Shown here in pieces: positions 20,297 through 33,976 of a DNA stretch of 64,000 nt. The notes beneath the pieces are model-generated. The model searched no databases. It was not told the DNA's origin and worked only from the letters and a program-made list of their open reading frames with translations. The stretch's first letter is position 1, and every line of letters starts with the position of its first letter. Where the stretch lies: NCBI GenBank assembly GCA_963754315.1, contig CAVWFS010000007.1:224001-288000 (forward strand), given 5' to 3'. The DNA is from an uncultured Candidatus Rokubacteria bacterium (GTDB lineage Bacteria; Methylomirabilota; Methylomirabilia; Rokubacteriales; CSP1-6). Position numbers and translations under genes: made by a program.

Positions 20297-20617
20297 TCAT
20301 ACCGAGAACAGCGACCCGAGCTTCATGGCCAGCCCCATGTCACCCTTGACCTTGAGCTTTCCCGACATGAACAGCATCTGGCCTGACTGCTTGCCGGCGA
20401 TCATGTCGAGCCAGTCCTGGGCTCCGATCTGCAAGGTGAGGTTAGGATTGGCAGCGACGCCCTCTTGCACCGCGCAGGCGCCGTCCTTGATGACGGCGTG
20501 CCAGGTGCCGCCGCCGGCCCCGCTCACATCGTACTGGATTGTCGCGTTCGTCCCGACTGCCTTGTCGGCGCGGAACTTGGTCGACATCGCATCGAACGTC
20601 TCCTTGACTGTAGGCAT
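20297..20617 (-). CDS. Stand-alone SCP2 sterol/lipid-binding domain protein
   Basis: FMSGKLKVKGDMGLAMKL signature. ATG at 20617 with GGAGGAGG SD. Confidence 0.88.
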   Translation of the reverse strand: MPTVKETFDAMSTKFRADKAVGTNATIQYDVSGAGGGTWHAVIKDGACAVQEGVAANPNLTLQIGAQDWLDMIAGKQSGQMLFMSGKLKVKGDMGLAMKLGSLFSV

Positions 20618-20694
20618 CCCGTTCCTCCTCCCCTCGAGCATCTCACGGACCGTCTCGACCAGCGTTCCTTTGCAGGCCGCCCCTGCGGCGCGCG

Positions 20695-21444
20695 CTAGAA
20701 CGTGAATAGATCCATGCCGCCCGTCACCGTCAACACGGCCCCTGTGATGTAGCGCGCGCCCTCCGAGCAGAGAAAGGCGACAGCGTGGGCCACCTCTTCC
20801 GGCGTCCCCTCCCGCTGCATGGCGACTCGCTTGACCATCCGGTCGAACATGGGGCTCAGAGCGGCGTTGGGACCGATGATCCCTGGCGCGATCACGTTCG
20901 CCGTCACATTGTAACGGGCGCCCTCCAGGGCCACCGATCGGGCGAAGCCCACCACCCCCATCTTCGTGGTGGCATACGCAACCTGGCCGAAGCCGCCCAT
21001 GAGACCCGCGATGGATGCCATGCACACGATGCGGCCCCAGCGACGCTCGCGCAATCCGGGAAAGACAGCCTTGGTCACATTGTACGTGCCGGTGAGGTTG
21101 ACGGCGAGGTTCAGCTCCCAGTCCGAGTCCTGCATGTCCTTGAGCTGCCCCAGCGTGTAGATGATTCCGGCATTGTTCACGCAGATGCCCACCGGTCCGA
21201 GGTCGCGCTCGATTTGCTCGACTACCGACACCACCTGGGGCGCCTCACGAATGTCGCAGGGATAGCCGCGCGCGCGCCCTCCGGCCGCGCGGATACCTTC
21301 CGCGGTCTCGGCGGCGCCATCCGCGTTCAGATCGATGATGGCGACCGGGCATCCTTCGGCAGCCAGAATCTCCGCGTCAGCCCGGCCCAGGCTGCGCGCG
21401 CCGCCGGTGACGATGGCCACGCGGTCGCGGATCCCGAGGTCCAC
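20695..21444 (-). CDS. FabG-like 3-oxoacyl reductase (SDR)
   Basis: TGGARSLG, NNAG, GGFGQVAYATTK. Confidence 0.88.
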   Translation of the reverse strand: MDLGIRDRVAIVTGGARSLGRADAEILAAEGCPVAIIDLNADGAAETAEGIRAAGGRARGYPCDIREAPQVVSVVEQIERDLGPVGICVNNAGIIYTLGQLKDMQDSDWELNLAVNLTGTYNVTKAVFPGLRERRWGRIVCMASIAGLMGGFGQVAYATTKMGVVGFARSVALEGARYNVTANVIAPGIIGPNAALSPMFDRMVKRVAMQREGTPEEVAHAVAFLCSEGARYITGAVLTVTGGMDLFTF

Positions 21445-21446
21445 GG

Positions 21447-22220
21447 CTACCGGCCCCGAAACTCCGGCTCGCGCTTGGCGAAGAACGCCTGGATGCCCTC
21501 GGCCGCATCGTCGGTGCGCAGCGATTTCAGGAAGGCCCGCACCTCGATGTCGAGGCCCTTCTCGATGGGCGCATCCAGCCCTTCGTCGACGGCGTCGATG
21601 ATCAGGCGCATGGCGATGGGCGGCCGCTTCGCGAGCTGATTCGCGAGGGCGCGGGCGTCGTTGAGCGTCTCGCCCTCCTTGCACAGGCGGTTGACGAGAC
21701 CAAGAGCGAGGCACTCGTTGGCGGGAATCTGCGTCCCCAGAAGCAGGTACTCGAGCGCCTTCGTGCGGCCAATCAGGCGGGCCAGACGCTGCGTGCCGCC
21801 GTAGCCCGGAATGATGCCGAGGTTGGACTCCGTCTGTCCCATGCGCGCCCCTTCCTTGAGCAGACGGAGATGGCAGGCCATGGCGATCTCGCAGCCACCG
21901 CCGAGCGCGTGGCCATTCAGGGCGGCGATGACCGGTTTCGGGAAGCGCTCGATCCGTCGCAGCACGCCCGTCCCGAAGCGTATGAAGCTCTCGACCTCAC
22001 CGCCCGCAAAAGCGGATCCAAGGTCGGCCCCGGCGCAGAAGATCCGGTCGCCCGCCCCTGTGATGATGATTGCGCGCGTGGCCTCGTCTTGCTCGAAGCC
22101 AGTCAGGGCCGCGTTCAGCTCGCGCATCAGCTGCTCACTGATGGCATTGGCGGGCGGGCGATTGAGCGTGATGACGCCGACGTGCTCCTCGCTCGTCACG
22201 ATCAGGGTCTCATACGCCAT
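21447..22220 (-). CDS. Enoyl-CoA hydratase/crotonase
   Basis: LNRPPANA, FCAGADL, ALGGGCE, ESNLGIIPGYGGTQRL. Confidence 0.92.
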   Translation of the reverse strand: MAYETLIVTSEEHVGVITLNRPPANAISEQLMRELNAALTGFEQDEATRAIIITGAGDRIFCAGADLGSAFAGGEVESFIRFGTGVLRRIERFPKPVIAALNGHALGGGCEIAMACHLRLLKEGARMGQTESNLGIIPGYGGTQRLARLIGRTKALEYLLLGTQIPANECLALGLVNRLCKEGETLNDARALANQLAKRPPIAMRLIIDAVDEGLDAPIEKGLDIEVRAFLKSLRTDDAAEGIQAFFAKREPEFRGR

Positions 22221-22797
22221 GGGTGGCGACTCCTCGCAGGAAAATCGCGGCCACCGCCGCCGCGGCATCGGTGAGACGGTAGGTGCGCTTGCCAAGCACC
22301 CAGGATGTCGCGAGCTGGTCCATCGCCCCGAACAGCATCTTGGTGGCGACCTTGACGGGGACGTCCCGGCGGAACTGGCCGGCCTCGATGCCGTCCTCCA
22401 GGACGGAGCTGATCAGCGCAAAGTAGGCCGACACCTCGTGCGCGGAGGCGCCTCGGAAGAACTTGTGCCCCTGCCGGAGCTCTACCTGGACCACCTCGGC
22501 CAGCTCGGGGTTCCGCTCGAGTACGGCGAAGTGCAGGGCGATGAGCCGCCGGATCTTGGCGACCGCGTCGATCTCGGCGGCGATTTCGCGCCGGGCGTGG
22601 GCCACCCACTCGGCCATCTTCTCGCGGAAGAGGGTGACGAGAATCTCGTCCTTGGTCTTGAAGTAGAGGTAGATCGTTCCGCTCGCGATCCCCGCCTCAC
22701 GTGCAATGTCGGACACTCGCGAATTGTAGTAGCCGTTACGAGCGAACACGCGGATCGCGGCGTCGACGATGGCCTGGGGTTTTTCGGGGTCGCGCAT
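22210..22797 (-). CDS. TetR-family regulator (FadR/YsiA-like)
   Basis: N-terminal HTH IAREAGIASGTIYLYFKTKDEIL; VVQVELRQ; FGAMD...TSW C-terminal pattern; heads a fatty-acid/PHA operon. Confidence 0.85.
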   Translation of the reverse strand: MRDPEKPQAIVDAAIRVFARNGYYNSRVSDIAREAGIASGTIYLYFKTKDEILVTLFREKMAEWVAHARREIAAEIDAVAKIRRLIALHFAVLERNPELAEVVQVELRQGHKFFRGASAHEVSAYFALISSVLEDGIEAGQFRRDVPVKVATKMLFGAMDQLATSWVLGKRTYRLTDAAAAVAAIFLRGVATHGV

Positions 22798-22803
22798 CGG
22801 CGG

Positions 22804-22850
22804 TGAATGAACCGCCAGTCATCATACGAGCGCCAACACCCCGCTGTCAA
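22804..22850 (-). promoter_or_regulatory. Sigma70 promoter of the TetR/PHA operon with an overlapping imperfect palindrome
   Basis: Minus strand TTGACA(22850-45)-N18-TATGAT(22826-21). ATGAAC-cgcc-AGTCAT palindrome lies just downstream of and overlaps the -10. Confidence 0.6.
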
Positions 22851-22860
22851 ACGCGGGCCA

Positions 22861-26274
<3,414 letters not shown>

Positions 26275-26577
26275 ATCCTATCGAGCATGCAGGAAATTCT
26301 GATGCCAATCGAGCAGTAACACACGCTCACCTGAGCATGACCCTCCTGGCGCCTGTTGACATCCTATAATGTGACATCTTCGTCTTACTTGGGCCAGAAT
26401 GCTGGCAGCATGATCAGCGAGCCTTTGCTTCGGATCCGTGGCCTCGGGGCGGATCGGTTGCTCCGGTGACCGCGATTCGCTTCTGGAGCGTCCTTTCGGC
26501 GCTCAAGGTGGAAGCCGCAGCGGGCTTCGAAGGGGGATCTCGACGCCCACCGAGATATGTCGACGCCGACACTGAAT

Positions 26578-26593
26578 TGGCACAAGGCTTGTA
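26578..26593 (+). promoter_or_regulatory. Sigma54-like -24/-12 promoter
   Basis: TGGCAC-AAGGC-TTGTA versus consensus TGGCAC-N5-TTGC (GT instead of GC at -12), ~75 nt upstream of the activator gene. Confidence 0.5.
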
Positions 26594-26666
26594 CTTGGCC
26601 TGATGGCCATCAGGATGGCGACGTAGCCGTCATGACGGCGATTTGAGGTCGCGCCGAGGACAACGA

Positions 26667-27870
<1,204 letters not shown>

Positions 27871-27881
<11 letters not shown>

Positions 27882-29202
27882 GCATTCCCGGGATTCGAGC
27901 ACCGCGCTGCACGACCGGATCGCGGCATCGACGGCTCGGATTGGCGTTCTCGGCCTCGGATACGTTGGGTTGACGGAAGCCATGGAGCTGGCTCGGGCCG
28001 GCTTTCCTGTCACCGGCTTCGACATCGATGGTGAACGGGTCCGGGCCGTGCAGGACGGGCGCTCCTATCTCGTCGACATCAGCGACGAGGACTTGGCCAA
28101 CGTCGTCCGCGCGGGAACCCTCACGGCCACCGACGACTTCACGCGGATCGGAGAGCAGGACGTTCTGATCATCTGCGTCCCCACCCCGCTCGGAAAGAGT
28201 AAGGCCCCTGACCTCTCGTACATCGTCAGCGCGGTCGACGCCATCCGACCTCGGCTCCACCGCGGCCAGCTGGTGATTCTGGAGAGCACCACCTACCCGG
28301 GCACGACGACTGAAGTGGTCATGCCCGCCCTGGAGTCGACCGGGCTACGGGCGGGTGTGGACTTTCACCTGTGCTTCTCGCCCGAGCGGATCAATCCCGG
28401 CGACAAGCTTCATCGGCCTTCGACCATTCCGCGGGTCGTGGGCGGTGTCAGCACGGCCTGTACGGAGCTGGCCAGCCGTCTCCTTCGGCGGATCGCCCCT
28501 GATGTCATCGCGGTCTCGACCCCGCAAGCAGCCGAGATGGTGAAGCTGCTGGAGAATACCTTCCGCGCCGTCAACATCGGGCTCGTCAACGAGCTGGCCC
28601 TCATGTGCCGGTCGTTCGGCATCGACGTATGGGAGGTGATCGACGCGGCCGCCAGCAAGCCGTTCGGGTTCATGGCCTTCTACCCAGGCCCCGGCCTCGG
28701 CGGGCACTGCATACCCATCGATCCGCTCTATCTGTCGTGGAAGGCACGAGTGACGGGCTTCGACCCGCGCTTCATCGAGCTGGCCCATCAGGTGAACAGC
28801 ACCATGCCCCGCGTGGTGGTGTCCGTGATCACCGAGGCCCTGAACCGCCGCCGCAAGAGCGTCAACGGTTCGCGCGTGCTTGTCCTCGGGGTGAGCTACA
28901 AGCGAGATGTGAATGACGCGCGCGAGTCGCCGGCCATCGACATCATTCACGAACTCGAGCAGCGTGAGGCGCTGGTGGAGTATCACGATCCCTACGTGGC
29001 CCGCCTGGACGTCTCGGGACGGATCATGACCTCGGTGCCCCTCGACGAGAGCCGTCTGAAGGGAGCAGACTGCGTGGTGATTGCCACCGACCACAGCGGC
29101 GTCGACTACAAGCGCGTGGTCGACCTCGCCTCGCTCGTGGTCGATACGCGCAACGTGACCCGCGGGGTGGCGCCCTACCGGGACAACGTCGTCAAGCTCT
29201 GA
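27871..29202 (+). CDS. Nucleotide-sugar dehydrogenase (UDP-GlcNAc/ManNAc dehydrogenase family)
   Basis: GLGYVG, ICVPTP, LESTTYPG, SPER, KLLENTFR, GLGGHCIPIDP, RESP. TTG at 27871 overlaps the activator stop. Confidence 0.92.
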
Positions 29203-29209
29203 GCGTCGG

Positions 29210-29665
29210 ATGGTGAATGACGTGCCGAGCCTGGATCAGCGCGCGCCGCGGGCCCGACGTGGCGGACGCAGTCGTACTGGGGGAAGCCCCAAGCGGATCC
29301 TCGTCGTCAACGATCATTTCGAGGTCCGCAGTGTCATCATCGAGTTCCTGCGCCGGCGCGGACTCATCGCCATCCCTGTCCGAGACGCCGCGAGCGCCCG
29401 CGTCGTGTGCGAACGTATCGATGTGGATCTCGTCCTCCTGCACGTCCTCGTGCTCGATCTCGCCGAGACAGCGTTGATCCGCCAGATCAAGCTGCTGCGG
29501 CCGGCCCCTCCCATCGTCGTGATGGCGGCCGTCAGGACCCCAGAGCTGGAGCGAGACTGTCGGGCGCTCGGCATCGACGAGATTCTGGTCAAGCCGATCG
29601 TCCTGCGCCCCCTGGAGGGTGTGATCTCGCGTCTGCTAAAGCTCCGCCAGGTACCCACCGCGTAG
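29210..29665 (+). CDS. Atypical stand-alone receiver domain (pseudo-receiver)
   Basis: CheY-like pattern RILVVND...DLVLLH...IVVMAA...ILVKP. The phospho-Asp is replaced by His and the conserved Thr/Ser by Ala. Confidence 0.72.
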   Translation: MVNDVPSLDQRAPRARRGGRSRTGGSPKRILVVNDHFEVRSVIIEFLRRRGLIAIPVRDAASARVVCERIDVDLVLLHVLVLDLAETALIRQIKLLRPAPPIVVMAAVRTPELERDCRALGIDEILVKPIVLRPLEGVISRLLKLRQVPTA

Positions 29666-29751
29666 CGATCGCTCGTGACACCGCCGCGGGTCAAGGCTGC
29701 CCGCGATCGTTGCCATCTTCTGGTCGGGAAGTCCGCGTGTCGCCTATGGTC

Positions 29752-30126
29752 TCAGGCGTCGGGGTGTTGGAGGAGTTCGTCGACTGCGTGGACCAGCGCG
29801 TCGAGGTCAAGGGGCTTGGCCATCGTGCGGATGGCGCCGAAGAGGCGCGCGTGCTTGAGGAACTGCAAATCTCCGAGCTGGCCGCCTCCCGATAGGGCGA
29901 TCATCTTGAGACCGGGCTCGTTGCGAAGGCGCCAGATGATCTCGAGTCCGTCGACCTCCGGCAGGAAGATATCTGTGATCACCAGGTCGGGATGGTGCTC
30001 GGCGACCAGGCGAAGGCCGACGCGGCCGTCCGCGGCCGCGATGACGTGGTGCCCGTGGTGGGTGAGCACCTCCGTGAGCAAGGCCACGATCTGATGATCG
30101 TCGTCGATCAGGAGGATTCTGGCCAA
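29752..30126 (-). CDS. Stand-alone response regulator (CheY-like)
   Basis: ILLIDDD, DLVITDIFLP..DG, IALSGG, KPLD. TTG start at 30126. Confidence 0.88.
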   Translation of the reverse strand: MARILLIDDDHQIVALLTEVLTHHGHHVIAAADGRVGLRLVAEHHPDLVITDIFLPEVDGLEIIWRLRNEPGLKMIALSGGGQLGDLQFLKHARLFGAIRTMAKPLDLDALVHAVDELLQHPDA

Positions 30127-30131
30127 GGAAA

Positions 30132-30208
30132 TGGTGGACGATACTGGACTCGAACCAGTGACCTCTGCCATGTGAGGGCAGCGCTCTAACCAACTGAGCT
30201 AATCGTCC
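30132..30208 (-). tRNA. tRNA-Val(CAC) with encoded CCA
   Basis: GGACGATTAGCTCAGTTGGTTAGAGCGCTGCCCT-CAC-ATGGCAGAGGTCACTGGTTCGAGTCCAGTATCGTCCACCA folds into a full cloverleaf; 77 nt. Confidence 0.97.
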
Positions 30209-30216
30209 GTGGGGCA

Positions 30217-30245
30217 AGAGTAGCGGGCCGGCCGACCGGCGTCAA
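30217..30245 (-). promoter_or_regulatory. Sigma70 promoter of tRNA-Val
   Basis: TTGACG-N17-TACTCT ending 8 nt before the tRNA 5' end. Confidence 0.6.
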
Positions 30246-30407
30246 CCGGCACCTCGCCCCGGTCGCCAACACCAGGAGCACAGGCCCCGGTGGCCACCTT
30301 TCCCGGGGCGGGAATCTCCAATCGCGCTACGATGACGCTCGGGATGCTGTACGTTCTGACCTTCGCCGGACGGTGACCACGACCATGCCCGCGCGGATCT
30401 GCGTCGC

Positions 30408-31109
30408 ATGAGGGCCTGGGGAGCGGTGAGCACCATCGCCGTCGGTGCCATCGCGACCTGGATAGGGTACGCCTGGCTTCCTCACCTGGCCCCCCATGGG
30501 AGCCAGCGGCGGGGGCCGGGCTCGAATCCCCGTGTGGCCTTGACGTTTGACGATGGGCCCGACGTGCAGTGGACGCCCGTTGTCCTGGATATCCTGGCCG
30601 AACAGGGGGTCGTGGCATCCTTCTTTCTGATCGGTGAGCGGGCCCGGCGCGTGCCGAGCCTGGTCCGGGCTATCGCCGACGCGGGCCACGAGATCGGCAA
30701 CCACAGCTGGTCGCACCGAAGCTTGTGGCTGTGCGGTCCCGCTCGCACCCGCTTCGAAGTTCATCACGCGCACGGGGTCCTGGCCGATCTCGCGGGACAG
30801 ACCCCCCGTTGCTTCCGCCCGCCTTGGGGAATGTTCAATGCTGCTCTGCCTGCCGTGCTGCGTGACTGCGGCGAGCGCGTGGTGCTCTGGTCGATTCAGC
30901 CGGAAGGACTTGTCCCCGTCCGTGCGGAGCGGCAAGTCGAGCACGTCCTTCGCCGGGCCGGCGCCGGCGCCATCGTGGATCTCCACGACGCAGAGGGTTT
31001 GGCCGGAGCCCCTGCGCGGCTGGTGGGGGCTCTGCCGGCCACCATCAAAGGTTTGCGGGGGGCAGGTTACGAGTTCGCTACCGTCAGCCAGCTGCTGGAA
31101 TCAACCTGA
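30408..31109 (+). CDS. Polysaccharide deacetylase (NodB/CE4) with N-terminal membrane anchor
   Basis: ALTFDDGP, GNHSWSH, FRPPWG, IVDLHD. Confidence 0.92.
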   Translation: MRAWGAVSTIAVGAIATWIGYAWLPHLAPHGSQRRGPGSNPRVALTFDDGPDVQWTPVVLDILAEQGVVASFFLIGERARRVPSLVRAIADAGHEIGNHSWSHRSLWLCGPARTRFEVHHAHGVLADLAGQTPRCFRPPWGMFNAALPAVLRDCGERVVLWSIQPEGLVPVRAERQVEHVLRRAGAGAIVDLHDAEGLAGAPARLVGALPATIKGLRGAGYEFATVSQLLEST

Positions 31110-31123
31110 CAGACAGGTGCTCC

Positions 31124-31798
31124 TCATTCGTGCTGTCTCTCGGCCTGCCCGGCCTGGAGGTGGTACACGGATTCCGTCCCGAACAACGCGCCTGGCCGGT
31201 GACTGACCACGACCACCGCACTCCCCCGGGCGGTTCGGTCGCGGAGAGCCTCCGAGATCACCCGTCCGTTGGCATCGTCCAGGTTGCCGGTGGGTTCGTC
31301 AGCCAGCAGCAAAGGTGGGTCGTTGAACACGGCTCGGCAAAAGGCGACCCGCTGTTGCTCCCCGCCCGATAGCTGAGGCGGGTAGTGATCGCGTCGGGCG
31401 GCCAGGCCGAACTCGTCGAGCAACGCCTCGGCCCGTCGGCGAGCCGCGACTCCGCCCCGCCCGACGTAGCGAGCGGCCAGAAGCACATTGTCCAGTGCGG
31501 TCAGGGACGGGATGAGCAAGAACGACTGGAATACAAAGCCGACGAAACGCCCGCGCCTCTGATTCCGGGCGGCTCGAGAGAGCCGGGTCACGGGCTCGCC
31601 ATCGTAGCAAACCACACCGGCGTCGGCGTCCTCCAGAAGCCCAATGACGTTCAGCAAGGTGCTCTTGCCCGACCCGGACGCCCCCGTGATGACCACGAGC
31701 TCACCCGCCTTCACACGAAGATCCACCCCGCGCAGCACGGGGATCATCTCGCCCGACGGAGCCCGAAAGGACTTCCTGATGCCCTCCACGACCAGCAT
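31124..31798 (-). CDS. ABC exporter ATPase (LolD/MacB-like)
   Basis: [26 protein letters not shown]. Confidence 0.92.
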   Translation of the reverse strand: MLVVEGIRKSFRAPSGEMIPVLRGVDLRVKAGELVVITGASGSGKSTLLNVIGLLEDADAGVVCYDGEPVTRLSRAARNQRRGRFVGFVFQSFLLIPSLTALDNVLLAARYVGRGGVAARRRAEALLDEFGLAARRDHYPPQLSGGEQQRVAFCRAVFNDPPLLLADEPTGNLDDANGRVISEALRDRTARGSAVVVVSHRPGALFGTESVYHLQAGQAERQHE

Positions 31799-32973
31799 CA
31801 GGTTCCGCGCCGGATTGCCTCAGCGGGGCTGACCCGCACGATCCTCAGAGTCGCGTAGGCCGCCGCCACCCCACCCAACAGGAGGGAGAACACCAGGGCG
31901 CCCACGAGCAGGCGGAGCGAGAAGAAGAAGAGCGACTGGCCACTGTCGGCAGCGTACGCTTCGACTCCGGCGCCAAGAGCGACGGCCAGGCCGATTCCCG
32001 CGATGCCCCCGGTCAAGGTTACGAGAAGGGTCTCGCCGAGGATTTCGCGACCGAGCTGCGCATCGGTGGCGCCGAGCGCGCGCTTCACCCCGAAGTCGCG
32101 GATGCGCTCGAAGAGGGCGGCCGTCACCGTGTTGGCGAGGGAGAGGCCTCCGATCACGAGCCCGAGGGCGGCGATCCCGACGAGAAGAGACGAGAAGAAT
32201 GCGGTCGAGCTCCGGAGCAGGCGGCTGAGCTCGCTCGGGATCTGTACGTTCACCCCGGGGATTTGGTCGCGGATCCGAATGGCGACCGCGTCGGGATCCT
32301 CCCCGTCACGCCAGCCCACGGCAGCGCCGGTGTTCAGATCGGCCGCCGTCAGTGGAACGCCACCGGACGCGAGCACGGTTCGGAGAAGGGGATCCTTGGT
32401 GACCCAGAGCCGGCGAGCATCCTCGATGGGCACGATCACGAAGCGGTCGGGGGCGGTCAGCATACGCTCCAGCACGCCGACGATCTTGAACGACTGGCTA
32501 TCGAGCGTCAGCACATCGCCCACTCCGAGCCTGCGCGAGTCGGCGAAGGACGCGCCCAGGACGGCGACCTCGCGGTCGCCCGCACCGATCTGACGTCCGG
32601 CCCGCGTGGTGAGGATCGGGAAGGCGCGGTTGGGCATGCTTGCCGCCAGGTCGAGACCGACGATCATCTCTTGGGTGAGGGTCATGAATTGCGACACAGA
32701 GGGATTCAGGGGGAGCATGACCTGGGCTTGCACGGTGGACACGCCGGGGACCCGAGCAATCGCCTGAATGGTCGCCGCCGACAGCAGACCGCCCGCGGTG
32801 AATCCGGCGCCGGTGCCCAGCCCCCGCCCCGCCACCGAGATCTGGCCGAGCACGAAGCGATCACCCCCCTCGATGAATCGGACGATGCGCTCGCTCATGG
32901 CGCCGAGCGCCACGAGACCGGCCACGCCGATGGCCACGCCGACGATCGTGAAGGCGTATCGGCGTACTACCAT
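31798..32973 (-). CDS. ABC exporter permease (FtsX/MacB/LolE-like)
   Basis: N-terminal TM, periplasmic domain, ERIRDFGVKRALGA, C-terminal P.EAIR. Confidence 0.88.
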   Translation of the reverse strand: MVVRRYAFTIVGVAIGVAGLVALGAMSERIVRFIEGGDRFVLGQISVAGRGLGTGAGFTAGGLLSAATIQAIARVPGVSTVQAQVMLPLNPSVSQFMTLTQEMIVGLDLAASMPNRAFPILTTRAGRQIGAGDREVAVLGASFADSRRLGVGDVLTLDSQSFKIVGVLERMLTAPDRFVIVPIEDARRLWVTKDPLLRTVLASGGVPLTAADLNTGAAVGWRDGEDPDAVAIRIRDQIPGVNVQIPSELSRLLRSSTAFFSSLLVGIAALGLVIGGLSLANTVTAALFERIRDFGVKRALGATDAQLGREILGETLLVTLTGGIAGIGLAVALGAGVEAYAADSGQSLFFFSLRLLVGALVFSLLLGGVAAAYATLRIVRVSPAEAIRRGT

Positions 32974-33007
32974 TCCAGCTCCCCGTCGCCCAGCGGCGTC
33001 TCGTCGT

Positions 33008-33976
33008 TCACGATCGCCTCAACGGCGAAGTCGCGATGGTGGCGGCGGACAGCTCGGCGTGCATCGCCGCGACGGACCCGGTCAAGGGAGACAGGCGGTC
33101 GAGCGCGTACAGGCGTCGTACCAGAGGTGTGACCAGGTCCGGGACCAAGCGGCCCAGCATGACTTGGGCCACAGTCGCTGCGATTAACACGGGTGTGGTC
33201 ACGGTGGCCGTGGCCACCACGGCCGCTCGACGGAGCCGCACGCGACCCTCGACGTGGCCGCGGGATCCCCGGGCCACGAGGGACCTCACACCGATCCGCG
33301 CTTCTTGTGCCGCGCGCCGGGCGGCGTGCTCCGCAATGTAGGCGCCAATGGCCACCCCGTCACGCACAGGCCGAAATCGGCTTCGCCGCCTGGCCGAGGG
33401 GATGGCGGTGACCGGAACCTCACGGACCCGCCAGCCACGCCGGGCGGCGGCGATGAGTACCTCGGTCTCGAACACGAAGCCGGGGCGGGTCAGGGGCACG
33501 TCGTCGAGCAGCGCCATTGGGTACACGCGGAAGCCAGACTGCGTGTCACGTACCCCGAGGCCGCTCACCCATTCCACGAAGAATGCCGTCACGAGCATGG
33601 CATTCAACCGACCCCGGGGAAAGCGCGGTGCGTCGGCCAAGCGGTTGCCCACGATCATCCAGTCGGGAGTCTCCCGGGCGGCACGGAGGAGCGGGTCGAG
33701 ATCGGCGGCCGCATGCTGACCGTCTCCGTCAAGCGTGATCACCCACGATGCTCCCCGCGCCCGAGCCACCGCGATGCCACTCCGCAGGGCCGCTGCCTTT
33801 CCCCGCCGCTCCCGATGCCGAACGACTTCTGCCCCGGCCCGGGCGGCGATGGCTCCGCTACCGTCGTCCGACCCGTCATCGACGACGACAACGGGCGCGT
33901 ACGCGCGAGCCTCGCTCACCACGGTCTCGAGCGTGGCCGCCTCGTTGAAAGCGGGGATCACGACGACAGGGGTCAT
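33008..33976 (-). CDS. Glycosyltransferase family 2 (DPM-synthase-like) with C-terminal hydrophobic extension
   Basis: VIPAFNE, VDDGS.D, LDGDGQH, DTQSGFR, SRFRPVRD. Confidence 0.9.
   Translation of the reverse strand: MTPVVVIPAFNEAATLETVVSEARAYAPVVVVDDGSDDGSGAIAARAGAEVVRHRERRGKAAALRSGIAVARARGASWVITLDGDGQHAAADLDPLLRAARETPDWMIVGNRLADAPRFPRGRLNAMLVTAFFVEWVSGLGVRDTQSGFRVYPMALLDDVPLTRPGFVFETEVLIAAARRGWRVREVPVTAIPSARRRSRFRPVRDGVAIGAYIAEHAARRAAQEARIGVRSLVARGSRGHVEGRVRLRRAAVVATATVTTPVLIAATVAQVMLGRLVPDLVTPLVRRLYALDRLSPLTGSVAAMHAELSAATIATSPLRRS

Noticed and set aside
26356..26370. Perfect TTGACA and TATAAT hexamers
   Set aside because: Only 3 nt apart, so they cannot form one sigma70 promoter.
26275..26577. 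SAM or cobalamin riboswitch upstream of metH
   Set aside because: No recognisable core motifs by eye on the minus strand; a covariance search was not run.
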